A DNA stretch of 64,000 nt from Blasia pusilla. Lineage: Eukaryota. Positions 28,329 through 40,618 of the stretch are shown here, piece by piece; within the stretch, counting starts at the first letter, position 1; every line of letters begins with the position of its first letter. Both the position numbers and the translations under genes were made by a program. Location of the stretch: NCBI GenBank assembly GCA_050084515.1, contig CM114271.1:10540001-10604000 (forward strand), written 5' to 3'. The notes under the pieces are model-generated. The model saw only the letters and a program-made list of their open reading frames with translations. It searched no databases and was not told where the DNA came from.

Positions 28329-29508
28329 ACCATGTGATGCGGAAAGGGATGGAGGACGAGTGCCCTCACGCAAAAATGCGCCTCCAATGAATTTGGGTGC
28401 GCCTCAGCAAATCGGGACCATGCCTTGAAACTGTGGTTCCCATCCCACATGAAGAAATTTGGGTTCATCATCCAGCTGAATTCAGTTCCTTTGACACCTC
28501 TTATGAACTCCGCATCTCTCATTCTCCACAACATGTCCAAGTTCTCTAGGTCTTCTTCCGTCACGAGAGATTGCGTTCCATGTTCATCATAAGGCTAAAC
28601 ATAGAACGGCGGAAAGTTGTCGACGTAAGATGCTGTGGCAACGGAATGCTTCAACTTTGCAATGTCGTCGTCCAAGTGAATTTCTTGGACGTACTCCATG
28701 GTCCGAAGTCGACAAAGAGGAATTCAGGGGGACTTGTGGACGTCCACCACTGCCATCTGCTTTACAATGTGAAAAAGTTTTGTGATGGTTAATAAGTTGC
28801 AATTTTCTTCCGAAGTGATCATCAAAGCTCAGTAAGTTATGTCGAAGACTCCTTACCCTCTCAAAAATTGGGTTAGTGTCGAGGCCGGCCACTGCTCTGG
28901 GATAGGAGGAGGCAACTCCATAGGAAACTCATCCATGCGAAAAAATTCAAATTCTTCCACCAGGCTCAATGAAGACGAGGACTCTTCTCCCGCTTCCTTA
29001 GAGAGGTCCACCATCTCTACACTTGGTGTCCTCATCGACTCCTCGTCCTTCTCCTGAGCATCTTCGAGCATCTTCGAGCTCTTCAGACGTTTTCAAGTTC
29101 ATGGTTTCGCCCGACCTCAAGGGGGATGCATCTTCCATCTCAACGATGTCCTTAGGTCAAGCGGGGCTATCTTCCTCCACATCGATAGCCTTCTCCCTTC
29201 GCGCTTTTGCCAATTATGCCCTCCTAATAGATGCGTTGAGACGCTTCTTCTCTCTCTTCTTGTCCACAATCCTTTTTTTTCATTGCCTTTGATGCCTCCG
29301 CCTCGACATTCCGCTTTGCAAGTTCCTCCAGCGCAAGCTTAGCCTCCAGCTCCTGCCTGCGCATTTCAGCTTCCCTCTCCTTATCCTCTATCTCTTGTTG
29401 CCTTATGTCCGCCGCCGAGCAAGGGCCAAGAGAAGGCGGTACAAGCGTCCTAATGGACTTTGGAGTTACGCTCCCAACACTCAATGCTAGAGTTTTCTCC
29501 CTTGTCAT
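28329..29508 (-). pseudogene. ParB/Srx-like accessory gene, copy B, interrupted by the LTR element
   Basis: ORF pieces 29224-29508, 28853-29071 and 28313-28564 are homologous to 951-1481 and 318-905. Confidence 0.75.
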
Positions 29509-29821
29509 TGTGGTCGTGAAAGAAGTAAAGCTCTACACTCCGCAAACAGTAAAGCAATCAATTTCAGTGTCAATCCTCATAGCGTCGTCCCTCGAATTGT
29601 CGTCAATCGTAGCGGCGGTACCTTCCTGCAAAGTGGCTTCCAAAAAAACTTCCGTGTTTGCTCAAAAAGCTTTTACTACAAACGCAGAATGGAAAGGAAA
29701 GAGAAATGATTGTAATCGAAGCCTTATATAGATTTTTAGCCGTTGAGCTGACCGTTGGGTTTTGGGAACCGTTGGTCCAACAGTGACATCTTGCGTGTAC
29801 GGCGCATGGCATGTGGGAACT

Positions 29822-30610
29822 GTGCAACTTGTCGGAATCCAACATGTTGAATACGAGGTCACCGTGCAACCCTTCGGACTCTGACGGGTTGGAAGGACAC
29901 AGGTGCTCATCGCCAACCTCGCTCCCGTGCAATCCGTCGGACTCTGACGGGTTGCACGGGGAGCATTCATCCTGCCCAGTTCCAGCAACCCGTCAGACCA
30001 CGATGGATTGCAAAGGTTCCATCCAGCCTGACTCCCGTGCAACCCGTTGAACTCTGACGAGTTGCACAGGGAGAATTCATCTTTCCCACCTCCTGCAACC
30101 CGTCGGGCCACTACGGGTTGCATAGGGTCCATCCAACTTGGCTCCCGTGCAAAACATCGGACTCGGACGGGTTGCATGGGGAGAATTCATCTTACCCACC
30201 TCCTACAACCCGTCGGACCACGACGGGTTGCATAGGGTCCATCCAGCAAGGCTTCCCGTGCAACCCGTTGGACTCAGACGGGTTGCATGGGGTCCATTTA
30301 ACCTGGGTTGTGCAACCCGTCGAACTCCGACGAGTTGCAAAAAACTCAAGATGCCTAACTTGTGGAAGCCGGGGGAGTCCATTAGGTAAGCGGGGAGCAG
30401 GACCAGACCGACCGGCGTTGTGAGTCCGTCCATTTTATAATCCATCGGACTCCGACGGATTATAAAATGGGAAGGATGTTGAAGGACCCTTGCCATATCT
30501 TTTCCATAGAATATGAAAAAATTCAAGATGTCAAGATGCGTTTAGTGTTCAAGGTTTGTTCCTTCCACATCCCTCCTCGATTCCAATCCGTCGGACTCCG
30601 ACCGGTTGAA
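29822..30610. repeat. Palindrome array of MULE copy B, period ~55 bp
   Basis: Units near 29824, 29866, 29929, 29984, 30039, 30095, 30149, 30205, 30259 and 30312, plus degenerate units near 30444 and 30583. Confidence 0.9.
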
Positions 30611-30854
30611 GTTCTCCTAGTGTCTACCTTCCAACCCGTCCGTCTCCCACATGTCGAAGTAAACCTGGCAAGGACTTTCCCACTAGTCATCTACCACGAT
30701 GTCTGAATATTCCTTTCTAGCAGGTCCACTCATCGGACCAAGGGTCAACCTAACACATGTCAGAGATATTTTGTCAGAATTTAAATGGACACTATAAATT
30801 CAACATTCTCATTCTTATTCCTCTATCTGGGCAATTATTGTCGGTCTAACCCAA

Positions 30855-31270
30855 ATGGAAAATTATGTGAAGCCTACATGTGGCAATCATCTAGCGGGCC
30901 TTCCTCAATCGGAGATTATTCGAGCCCAACCCAGTGACATTCATGTAATTGTTGAAGAACATTTCCTTTCACTCCAATTTCTTCTCCAGATTGGAACCAT
31001 ATTTGTATCTAAGGATGTCAAGGTTGATGGAACGGATGATGTCATTGGGGAAACAGTCCAACCGGAAATTGGAAGCTACAGAGTAAGGTGGTGATCAGGG
31101 GTAGGCCATACACTCTGAATTGTCCATTGAAGTAGCTTCAATGGACAATTCAGAGTGTATGGCCTACCCCTGATCACCACCCTACTTCAATGGACAATTC
31201 AGAGTGTATGGCCTACCCCTGATCACCACTGCGACTCGTGAAGACGGTCCGAAACCTTCAAGTGCTCCAT
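30855..31270 (+). pseudogene. 5' fragment of the MULE transposase, copy B
   Basis: MENYVKPTCGNHLAGLPQS...GETVQP matches the start of ORF 3124-4107. Confidence 0.85.
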
Positions 31271-31304
31271 GCTCCATGCTCCATGTAAGATAGTAAGATA
31301 GTGC

Positions 31305-33075
31305 AAATTTTGGCCAAATTTCAGCTCAAGATGACAAAGTTGGACAAGATGAGAAATAAAAAAACCTTATTCTAGTAGAAGGTCTGATGGTTCGAGTCCA
31401 AAAAAGAGTTAGAAATTTTTAGGGTTTTGCTCACAACTTCATTTTGCCTAAAACTTGGTATGAGTGCTAGGACCACCTTGGGGACCATGTTGGTCAAATT
31501 GCAGCTCAAGATGACAAAGTTGGACAAGATGAAAAATAAAAAAACCTTATTTTGGTAGAAGGACTGATGGTTCGGGTCCAGAAAAGAGTTAAAACATTTT
31601 AAGGTTTTGCTCACAACTTTATTTTTCCTCAAACTTGGTAAGAGTGCTTGGTCCACCTTGGGGACCATGTTGGCCAAATTTCAGCTCAAGATGACAAAGT
31701 TGGACAAGATGACAAATGAAAAAACCTTATTTTGGTAGAAGGGCTGATGGTTCGGGTCCAAGAAAGAGTTAGACATTTTTTAGGGTTTTTCTCACAACTT
31801 AATTTTTCCTAAAACTTGGTAAGAGTTCTAGGGCCACTTTGGGGACCATGTTGGCCAAATTTCAGCTCAAGATGACAAAGTTGGACAAGATGAAAAATGA
31901 AAAAACCTTATTTTGATAGAAGGTTTGATGGTTCGGGTCCAAAAAGGAGTCAGTATTTTTTAGCTTTTTCTCACAACTTCATTTTCATTGAAACTTGGCA
32001 AGAGTGTTAGGATCACCTTGGGGACCATTTTGGCCAAATTTGAGCTCAAGATGACAAAGTTGGACAAGATGGAAAATGAAGAAACCTTATTTTGATAGAA
32101 GGTCTGATGGTTCGGGTCCAAAAAGGACTTGCCAAATTTTGAGCTTGTGGTTCCAACTACATTTTTTTTGAAAATTGGCAAGACTTTTAGATGCACCTTG
32201 GAGACCATGTGGGCCAAATTTTACCTCAAGTTGAGAAAGGTGGACATGGTGAAAAATCATAAAACCTTCTTTTCATTCAAGATTTAATGGTGCGGGTCCA
32301 AAATGGAGTTAGTAATTTTTGAGCTTTTTTCCACATCTCCATTTTACATGAAAATTGGCAAGACTTCTAGATGCATCTTGGAGACCATGTGGGCCAAATT
32401 TCACCTCAAGATGAGAAAGGTGGAGAAGGTGAAAAATCATAAGACCTTATTTTCATTGAAGGTTTAATGGTTCGGGTTCAAAAAAGAGTTAGTAATTTTT
32501 GAGCTTTTTCTTACAACTTCATTTTGCCTGAAACTTGGCAAGAGTGCTAGATGCACCTTGGGGACCATGTTGGCCAAATTTCACTTCAAGATGATAAAGT
32601 TGGACAAGATGAAAAATGAAAAAACCATTTTTTCATAGAAGGTTTGATGGTTCGGGTCCAAAAGGAAGATAGTAATTTTTGGGCTTTATCTCACAACTCC
32701 ATTTTGCATGAAACTTTACTAGAGTTTAACATGCACCTTGGGGAACACGTGGGAAAAATGTATGTTCAAAATGTGATAGTTGGACAAGATGAAAAATGAC
32801 GTTATTTTGATAGAAGGTCTGATGGTCGGGTCCAAAATGGACTTGCCACTTTTTGAGTTTGTGGTCCCAACTCCATTTTTCTTTAAACTTGGCAAGAGTG
32901 CTAGATGCACCTTGGAGACCACATGAGCTAAATTTTAGCTCAAGATGGAAACGTTGGACAAGATGTCCGGTTAAAGACTTTTTTTTTTTCATTCAAGGTT
33001 ATCTGCTTCGGGTCCAAAAGGTCATTCTAAACTTAATTTAGGATGAGACTTTGCCAGAGTGATAGACGTAACTTG
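31305..33075. repeat. 180-bp tandem satellite, about 10 copies
   Basis: GCCAAATTTCAGCTCAAGATGACAAAGTTGGACAAGATG recurs near 31313, 31493, 31673, 31854, 32034, 32214, 32394 and 32574, decaying rightwards. Confidence 0.95.
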
Positions 33076-35019
33076 GGGACCATCCGCACTATTCTATAGA
33101 ATGTTAGAAGAGTTATTACATTTCACTCTTATAAGTAATTACACTCTTGCAATCGAATGTAAATGATATATTACTCCCTAGAGTAAATCCATATTTCCAT
33201 AAAATTCAAACCAAATCTATTCATTATCCATTAAGATTCAATTTTCCTTTCCATTACATATGAATCAAGACACTTCTAAATTTATATTCATCTATTATGA
33301 TATTAAATAAAAATGAAATTAATAAGTAAATTTAGTTTCTATTCCACCCAAGTCCCTTTCAAATTCTACCCCATGCAATATTGATTGGAGGATAAAATTC
33401 ATACATTATTTTTCTTTACAATTCAATTGAAACATGTATTTTCTTTCATTAATTTTGGAAAAAAAATTCATCCCTTTTCCAATCCCAATCTTCCAATAAA
33501 TAAAAGAAAATTGTTTCTTTTGATGAGATTAGTAATTTTTAAGAAGTTAATATTAAAAAAATTAAATTTATATCGAAAAAATTATTCAATTATGTATTTT
33601 CAACCTTATCCAAGGATTTATAACCCAAGAGAAAATTTTCATTCATGGCATGATTCACTTCATGGAAAACATTCGTGAACGGCTCACGCTCACAAATTTC
33701 TTTGGACTATTTTGAAATTTTTTGAAAATGTTTTACAACAAATGAAGAGTACCCCACAAGACATCCAGATTGAGAGAAACCTAATATATATGTACTTTAC
33801 AGACATATAAGTATCGACTCATTGTCTCTAATCTGATTCATTATCCGATATGTGTAAAACTGATGCAAGCTTCTCACCATTTCTTCCTCTTCCCCTAACT
33901 CTAGTTGCGCACGTCCCGCCTCCACAAGGAACAATCCTTTCCAATTCAACATCACCATCATCACTATATTGTGTTGACAAGGAACAATCCTTTCCAACTC
34001 AACATCACCATCATCACTATCTTGTGTTGACTATGTCGGAAACACTTCCCACTCCCTCAAATTAAATGCTTTTGACCTTCGAAAGTAAAATACATTATTT
34101 TGAAACTTCCCATAAGATGTTAGAATTTCTTATGAAAGAAGCTCACACTTTCACTCCGTCTCTTGAAATTCGAAATGATCATTGACTTTTGAAATACAAG
34201 ATTTGGCGTATCTCCAATCTGACTGCAAGTCCATACACCCATACTTCATTTTTCCTGAAAGATTGTACTATGACCCCCAAACGCGATGAAGATGTGTCCT
34301 TACATGGTCATTGCTCAGATTTGCAGCAATGAGAACTCAGATTTGCAGACTTCTACTGCTGTGGTAGGACAGATTACACAATAGTCGTGCGCAGCAACAC
34401 AACCTTTGACCATTGCGTACTAAGTCACTTACTACGATTGTGTAGTAGTCGCTGGTTTGAATTGTCGGTGCAATTCACACACATCACCAGCCAAGAAAGA
34501 ATTCTAACCTCGGAAAAGTGCCACATGATGCCCAGAAATGATTCGTATCTCACAAGAGTTAAAAGGAAGTAATAGTCAAGATTTCACCAGCTGAAATTCT
34601 CCTAGCACAAACCCACTGAAATTAAAATTATGTGCTACAACCCAGTCATGGCTTCAAAGAACACACCAACTTGGACTTGAATGAGAGAAGCAGACCATGT
34701 TCCATAAGGATTCAATGATATCAGAATGCTCATCACTCTCTTCCCAGTCCAAGAAGACATGCTATAGATTCAAAGCTGCAAATGACATGCAGTCCAAAAA
34801 GAGGCTGTTGCCCTGATCTGGATATCAGGATCAACTATCATCCACTTCCAACAACACCCTCAAGGACATGCCATGTAGATGTCATTGATTTGACTTTCAC
34901 TACACATAAGGAGCTTTTTCCACCGGGGGAAAAAGCTTGATGTTCAGCTCTACACTGGCTGAAATAAACACATATACTACAGACGCAGGGCCCAAGGGGC
35001 TGAGTTAGATTTCATGGAT

Positions 35020-35965
35020 AGACTGAATTGCTGCCTACTTCAAAGCATCTACCCACAACTTGCTAGGAAGTATCTCCACAAGACCTCTAAATTTCATGGA
35101 CCAAGTACATGGCAGAACAAATAGACCGAATTACTGCATGCTCCATTGGATCCTACACGACCTTGCCAGGAAGCATCTCCACAAGACTGAATTTCATAGA
35201 CCAGGTACAAAGTAGAACTGATAACCGAACTGCTGCATACTTCACTCGATTCCATACAACCTGCCAGGCAGCCTCTCCACAAGGCTAAATTTCATCTACC
35301 AAGTACAAGGCAGAAACGACGGACTGAACTGCTGCGTACTTTACTGGATCCCCAACAACCTTGCCTGGCGGCATTTCTACGATACTTGACTTCTTCCACC
35401 AAGTACAAGCAAAACCGACACACGTTTACTGCTGCATAAATCACTGGAACCACCACGACCTTGCCAGGAGGCATCTCCACAAGACTAATTTCGTGGACCA
35501 TGTACAAAGCGGAATCGATAGACCGAACTGCTGCATACTTCACTGGATCCACCACAACCTTGCCAGGAAGCATCTCCACAAAACTAAATTTCATGGACCA
35601 AGTTAAAGAAAAAACGGATGAGTGAACAGCGGGATACTTCACTCGATTCTTTCCAACCTTGCCTGGCAGCATCTCTACACGGCTATAATTCATTCACCAA
35701 GTACAAGGCCGGACTGATAGGCTGAACTGATGCATACTTCTCTGCATCCTCCACAACCTTGACTGGAAGCATTTCCACAGACTAAATTTCATCCTCAAAG
35801 TTCCAAGGAGAAATTCGACAGACTGAACTGCTTCATCCTTCCCTGGAACCCCCACAACCTCGTCTGGCAGCATCTGCACAGGACTAAATGTCATCCACCG
35901 AGAACAAGGCAAAACCGATAGATTGGACTGCTGCACACTTCGCTGGATCCCCTATAACCTTGCCT
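35020..35965. repeat. ~99-bp degenerate tandem repeat, about 9-10 copies
   Basis: CCAAGTACAAGGC...GAACTGCTGCATACTTCACTGGATCC...AACCTTGCCAGGAAGCATCTCCACAAGACT recurs near 35101, 35201, 35299, 35399, 35498, 35597, 35697, 35796 and 35896. Confidence 0.9.
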
Positions 35966-36178
35966 GTCGGCGGCTCTGAGAAGTTGAGAGCGCACGAAAG
36001 AAGGACCCAACATTCCCATCCAAAGCGGTAGCGTTCCTCAATCTGCAATTATCAATTTGCACAACCTTTCTTATCCCCTCCCATCGAGTAAACACACGCT
36101 CCAGTCGTCCTGACGTGGTGACAATGCGACTTTGAGTGGTAGCTGTTCGACCTGATCTCGGTCACACATTGAGGGCTT

Positions 36179-37338
36179 CTACTCATCATCGCTGTCACTT
36201 TCTGAATTCTCAACCAGACTCATGGCATGCCTCCTGTTCAGATTGGCTTCCAAGGGTGGTAGCCCATCGTCCTCATGATCGCTCTCCTCCTCATCAGGGT
36301 CAAGCTTTGAAGACTCTCTTGATTTCATGGAGATTGGATCATCTGGTTTCTCTACAGAGTTTGGGCCCAAAACTTTCACTCTCCCAGAATCGAAACTTTC
36401 CTTCCTGCAAGCCACAGAATTATATGCCAACCATGAAGCATAAGCGTTTACAGCTTTGCTATCTCTCACGGGAATTCTCACTGTATCTGACCGCTAACTT
36501 TTCTCAGCTGGTCACATCCACGTCACTGCCGTTCAGCCTGAAGTGATGGATGCATTGCAATAGAAAAGCTTCTCTAATGGCCTTTACAAATTGGAAGAAA
36601 AGTAGGAATAGTACCAATGTGGAGTCTTTCTGAGAGCGCGGATATGCTCGTCATACAGTATTTGGGCAACCGTTCCTGTCACTTTGTTACCAGCTTCCAT
36701 CGCTTTCTCTCTATCCCCTTCGTCGACTATGACGAAATTGCCTGCCAAAAGATGGCATCCGAAATGAACTCAGCTCGAGCTCCAGAATCCATTCTCAATT
36801 CAAGGCTGCCCTTCAGTAACCACAAATTACTGAGATAATGCCGAAATGATGAATTTACAAACAATCGTGAACTACGATGTACTCATCAAGCGACAAAGGC
36901 ACGACTTGTGATCTACAGCTCGAGATCGAGTAATTCGTACTATCTTCGGAGCTGCGGGCAAGAAAGAATCACCAGAGAGGCACCATCCCGTGCACCCACC
37001 TCGTTTGATCCACATACTCTTGTGGAACTTTGCAGGAAGCATACACAACGTCTTCTGTGCCTCAGAGTCCTCCACCTGCATGAGGGACAACAGTTTCAAT
37101 TTCTCTTGAGAAAGATTGTCAAAGGGCCATGGGAACAGATGGCTAGGCTCACAAAATTGTAGTGGTTAACCAGCTCACAGGAATTCCACTCGTGAGAAAT
37201 GTTCCACCAGGACGAAGAGACATACCTCTATCAAATTGTTGCCACGCATTGCCACCACCCGCATGAGAATCTGCCCGGGCACAGGCTCCGGGCATCCTTC
37301 CAACGCTTCTTGCTTCAAGTTCTTCCTCCCCCTACTCA
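36179..37338 (-). CDS. EIF1AD: eIF1A/S1-domain protein EIF1AD-like; exons 37338-37226, 37075-37000, 36741-36615, 36404-36179
   Basis: GRKNLKQ...MRGNNLIEV...LPAKFHKSMWIKRGNFVIVD...DDGLPPLEANLNR, with phase-consistent GT-AG junctions. The ATG is 1 nt out of frame at a G run (see findings). Confidence 0.85.
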
Positions 37339-37899
37339 TTGGCCTCTCCAGAAAATGCCACTACCAGTCTCGTCCTAGCAGCCGTCTCCACAGCTCCTTG
37401 AGTTATGGACGGAAACTGAAAGGATTTCCTCCTGCGCTCAACCATACACCAACAGCTCGCTCCAAGCACGCCTGTGAAATACACCACCATCAATCATATC
37501 CTTGTGTTGTCCTGGGCACCGACACCCACACCTGAGCACATGGCTGCAAATCCACGCGTTTCTCTTCCGGTTTCATGAAGTGCATCGGCCAAGCACTAAC
37601 ATGATAGGCAGCACAACCCAGCTAAGAAACTCTTCGTCTTACTTTACGTAGAGTTGAGCATTCTTTCGAGGGATATATTATGCACGCTTCATTCTCTTTC
37701 TCTAGTCCATGGCCCCTGAGTAGTGCTGCCTAAAGTGTCGGAGCTGCTGCAACAATACTAGGGTTAGGGTTTAGTTGCAAACCCTGAGATAGCCATCTAG
37801 AATGTTTGCGTAAGCCCAGGACATCGGCTCTAGAATTTGTCTTCGTCGTTTTGCTGTAGAAGTGGCTGGTGGGTTCGGCACTGTGATCGTTCACGAACG
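37339..37899. promoter_or_regulatory. Probable bidirectional promoter and 5' UTRs, with a telo-box
   Basis: 561 bp between two head-to-head start codons; TAGGGTTAGGGTTTAG at ~37759. Confidence 0.55.
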
Positions 37900-39025
37900 A
37901 TGGCAGGGCTCACGGCCACACCTGGAGCCCCATCGACGTCTCTTCAACGCTTATACCATGTAGAAAAGGTGGGTGTTTCAATTTCAGCCATCGTCTTATT
38001 TCGCGCTTCGCAGAGTCGATGGCTTTTGTTTTTCTTGTGGTTAGTGGTGACCTCTTTTCTCGTGATTGAACTGGAAATTCACATGAGAAAGTGTGCCACA
38101 AGACTCGAAATCTCGGTAGAATTTGTTTGGCCTGTGGGGCCTTATGAAGCTCCGTCTGCGACAGGCAGGCCACGATGGCCTTGTTGTCTAGAACGCGGTG
38201 GCTATAGGTGAAGAGGTGCCGCAGGAAAGCAGTCACACTCGCAATTTACAAGTTCAAGATACCTCATTGATAAACTTCCATGGATTAGTCACTTGTTCGG
38301 GGAACGTTAAGTCAGTGTGATGTGTGGCAGAGGATAGTACATACGGTCGACTTGGCCGGTGGTGTCATGGAGGAACTAGCAAAGGCAGGGGGTCCAAGAA
38401 GTGACGTCGTCGCTGCCCAGTGTCACGAATTCATGCAAGCTGTGAAGGTAAAATCAAACCATTCACTCCTGCAATCTTTTTCCACCAAGGCACAACCTGA
38501 TTTATTCATGAGGAATCTTGTATCATCAATCCAGTCACTGAGAGGCGAGGTTTACCATCTGCGATTTGCTCTCATTTCAGCAAGTCCCAGCACTGTCCCA
38601 GCATCCAGTTTTCTGAGGTTTTGGGTGCATGTTGTGTCGGTCTTCAACTAAGTCTCGATGTAGTTGCAAAGTTTTTAGCTGCAACAAGAGTTGTCCAACC
38701 AGAAGATTTCACTTTTTACGACTCTCAAGAGGCTTTTCAAGATGTCCACTGAAGCGAATTCTATTTTCCTGCGTTTGTTTTAATTCTTAAGTTCTCCTTA
38801 ATTGAATTGGCGTTGCAGGAGATTCAGATGACTTTACGAGATGAAATTAAGAGCATGTGTGAATATCGACCTTACGAGAACAACGACTATGCAGCGAGAA
38901 CAGCTACTGAAATCAGTGTGAGGAAAGTGGATAGCATACTCGGGCACCTTAATAGTATGCAAGAGGTTGCAAATCAGTATCAGGCTTTGAAACCTACTGA
39001 GATTTCTGTAGCTCCAAGAATATAA
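37900..39025 (+). CDS. MED11: Mediator subunit 11; exons 37900-37968, 38331-38447, 38819-39025
   Basis: TSLQRLYHVEKRIVHTVDLAGGVMEELA...CHEFMQAVKEIQMTLRDEIKSMCEYRPYE is the plant MED11 signature. All junctions are GT-AG, phase 0. Confidence 0.92.
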
Positions 39026-40344
39026 CAGATCACTTCCAACATTGTTGTATATTCCAACCCTGTCTAAATCATACTGTAGATAGAGAGTCTAGAGGATTAG
39101 AACATGAAGCACTCTGGTTTGACTTAGAATGATCCTCCACCCTTGCTATTTCCATGGGATCATATGGAGTTTCTTCACGAAAGTGTTAAGACCCCTCAAG
39201 TATTCCATTTCTCACTTAGGTTACTACTTTTTTCTGTTCTCTGAATGATCTCCACGCGTAAGATTGGGGCCTGAACCCAATTTCAGATCCTCGTTGTTTT
39301 TTAGTCGCCTTTATTCAATTCTGGTTTGCAATGCAGCATCCCAGAGTCATGAACCGGCAGCTCAGTATAGACTTCGCAAACACGCCGCATTCAGGAAACA
39401 AGAGCATCTTCACTAACTTCCACTATCGTGGCCACTGATCGGGGCCCCGGGATCCTTTCCCCGAGCAATGAACTACCACCTCAAAACCATTTAGACCTTG
39501 TGGAAAGAGGATCTAAGTTGTTGTTTTCGTCAAGTATATAATGCCGGACACGGTCCGCAAGAGAAGCATTTTAAGACGTTTTCCCTCTTCTTCACGTTTC
39601 ATTCTCGCGGTGTGGTGAGTCCTACCGTGGGAGATGTTTCCATATGGTTTGTGATAAGTAATTTTTTTGTTAAAGGCCCCCCCGACTCTTCTCGGGGGGT
39701 CCTTCAACCAAAATAAAATCTCGATAATTCTTTTCGTGACTCGATTTTCACGACAACGAGTTCCATTCCGAGCATCCAACAAAACTACGAAGGGTGGGGT
39801 TTTCCGTTGGGTATTGAAATCGGTCTTGTGCTACAATGGCACTCGGTTCCACATACATGGCTCACTAATGCTTGGTTGTGATGACGCATTGGAGTTGCTC
39901 CAAGCTGGTGAGGTCTTGTAGAGATTATTGGTGAGCTTAGACAGATTGAAACCAAAAACATGAACCTAGATCCATTGATACTTAAGGTAATGTCCAGCTA
40001 TTGTTGCAATAGCTGGACATTACCTTGAGAGTTTGGTACTTGAGTAAAATGGAGAAGTCATCATTTAGCGATAGAATAGGGGCTTAAGTCGGCCAATTTT
40101 CAAGTAGTACGGGGGAGAGAAACAACTTTTCACTAACATGTATGCATTTGATGACTTTGGATCTACGGTAGGTCGCAATCGAGGTCATGTTATGTACAAT
40201 GTATACTATTACTGCCAACATGGTATCTCAAATGAGGCAGTAGAGTTCTACACTTACTAGTTTGAAGTGCCCTTGGGATTCCATAATTTGGTAGGTGTAA
40301 AATCCAGCATAGGCTTTCGGAGAGGGAAACTGGTCATGAATGAA

Positions 40345-40618
40345 AAGATTTATTTGGTTCTTCCCCATAAATGGAGGAGTGGGGATTACTTTTAGAGAAG
40401 TGGGATTAAGAAGGTTACTACTACTTTAAATAAAGGAGACGTGGAGGTTCTTAGAAAGGGAATGAAATTATTTGGTCATAAACAAGAAGATTTATTTGGT
40501 ACTTCCCCATAAATGGAGGAGCGGGGATTACTTTTAGAAAAGTGGGATTAAGAAGGTTACTACTACTTTAAATAAAGGAGCCGTGGAGGTTCTTAGAAAG
40601 GGAATGAAACTATTTGGG
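40345..40618. repeat. Tandem duplication of ~142 bp
   Basis: AAGATTTATTTGGT...GGAATGAAA(T/C)TATTTGG starts at ~40345 and ~40487. Confidence 0.9.

Larger units (their letters stand above)
28329..31285. mobile_element. MULE copy B (diverged, truncated): accessory gene 5' part, palindrome array, transposase 5' end
   Basis: Same divergent layout as copy A. Peptides align by eye: FFMWDGNH, PKSIRT, ENYVK...FLLQIGTIFVSKDV. Confidence 0.85.

Noticed and set aside
31305-33075. Centromere call from the 180-bp period
   Set aside because: The array is only 1.8 kb and adjacent to genes; period alone is not evidence.
35020-35965. Ankyrin-like 33-aa repeat coding region
   Set aside because: Unit lengths vary between 98 and 100 bp, stops occur, and there is no ankyrin consensus.
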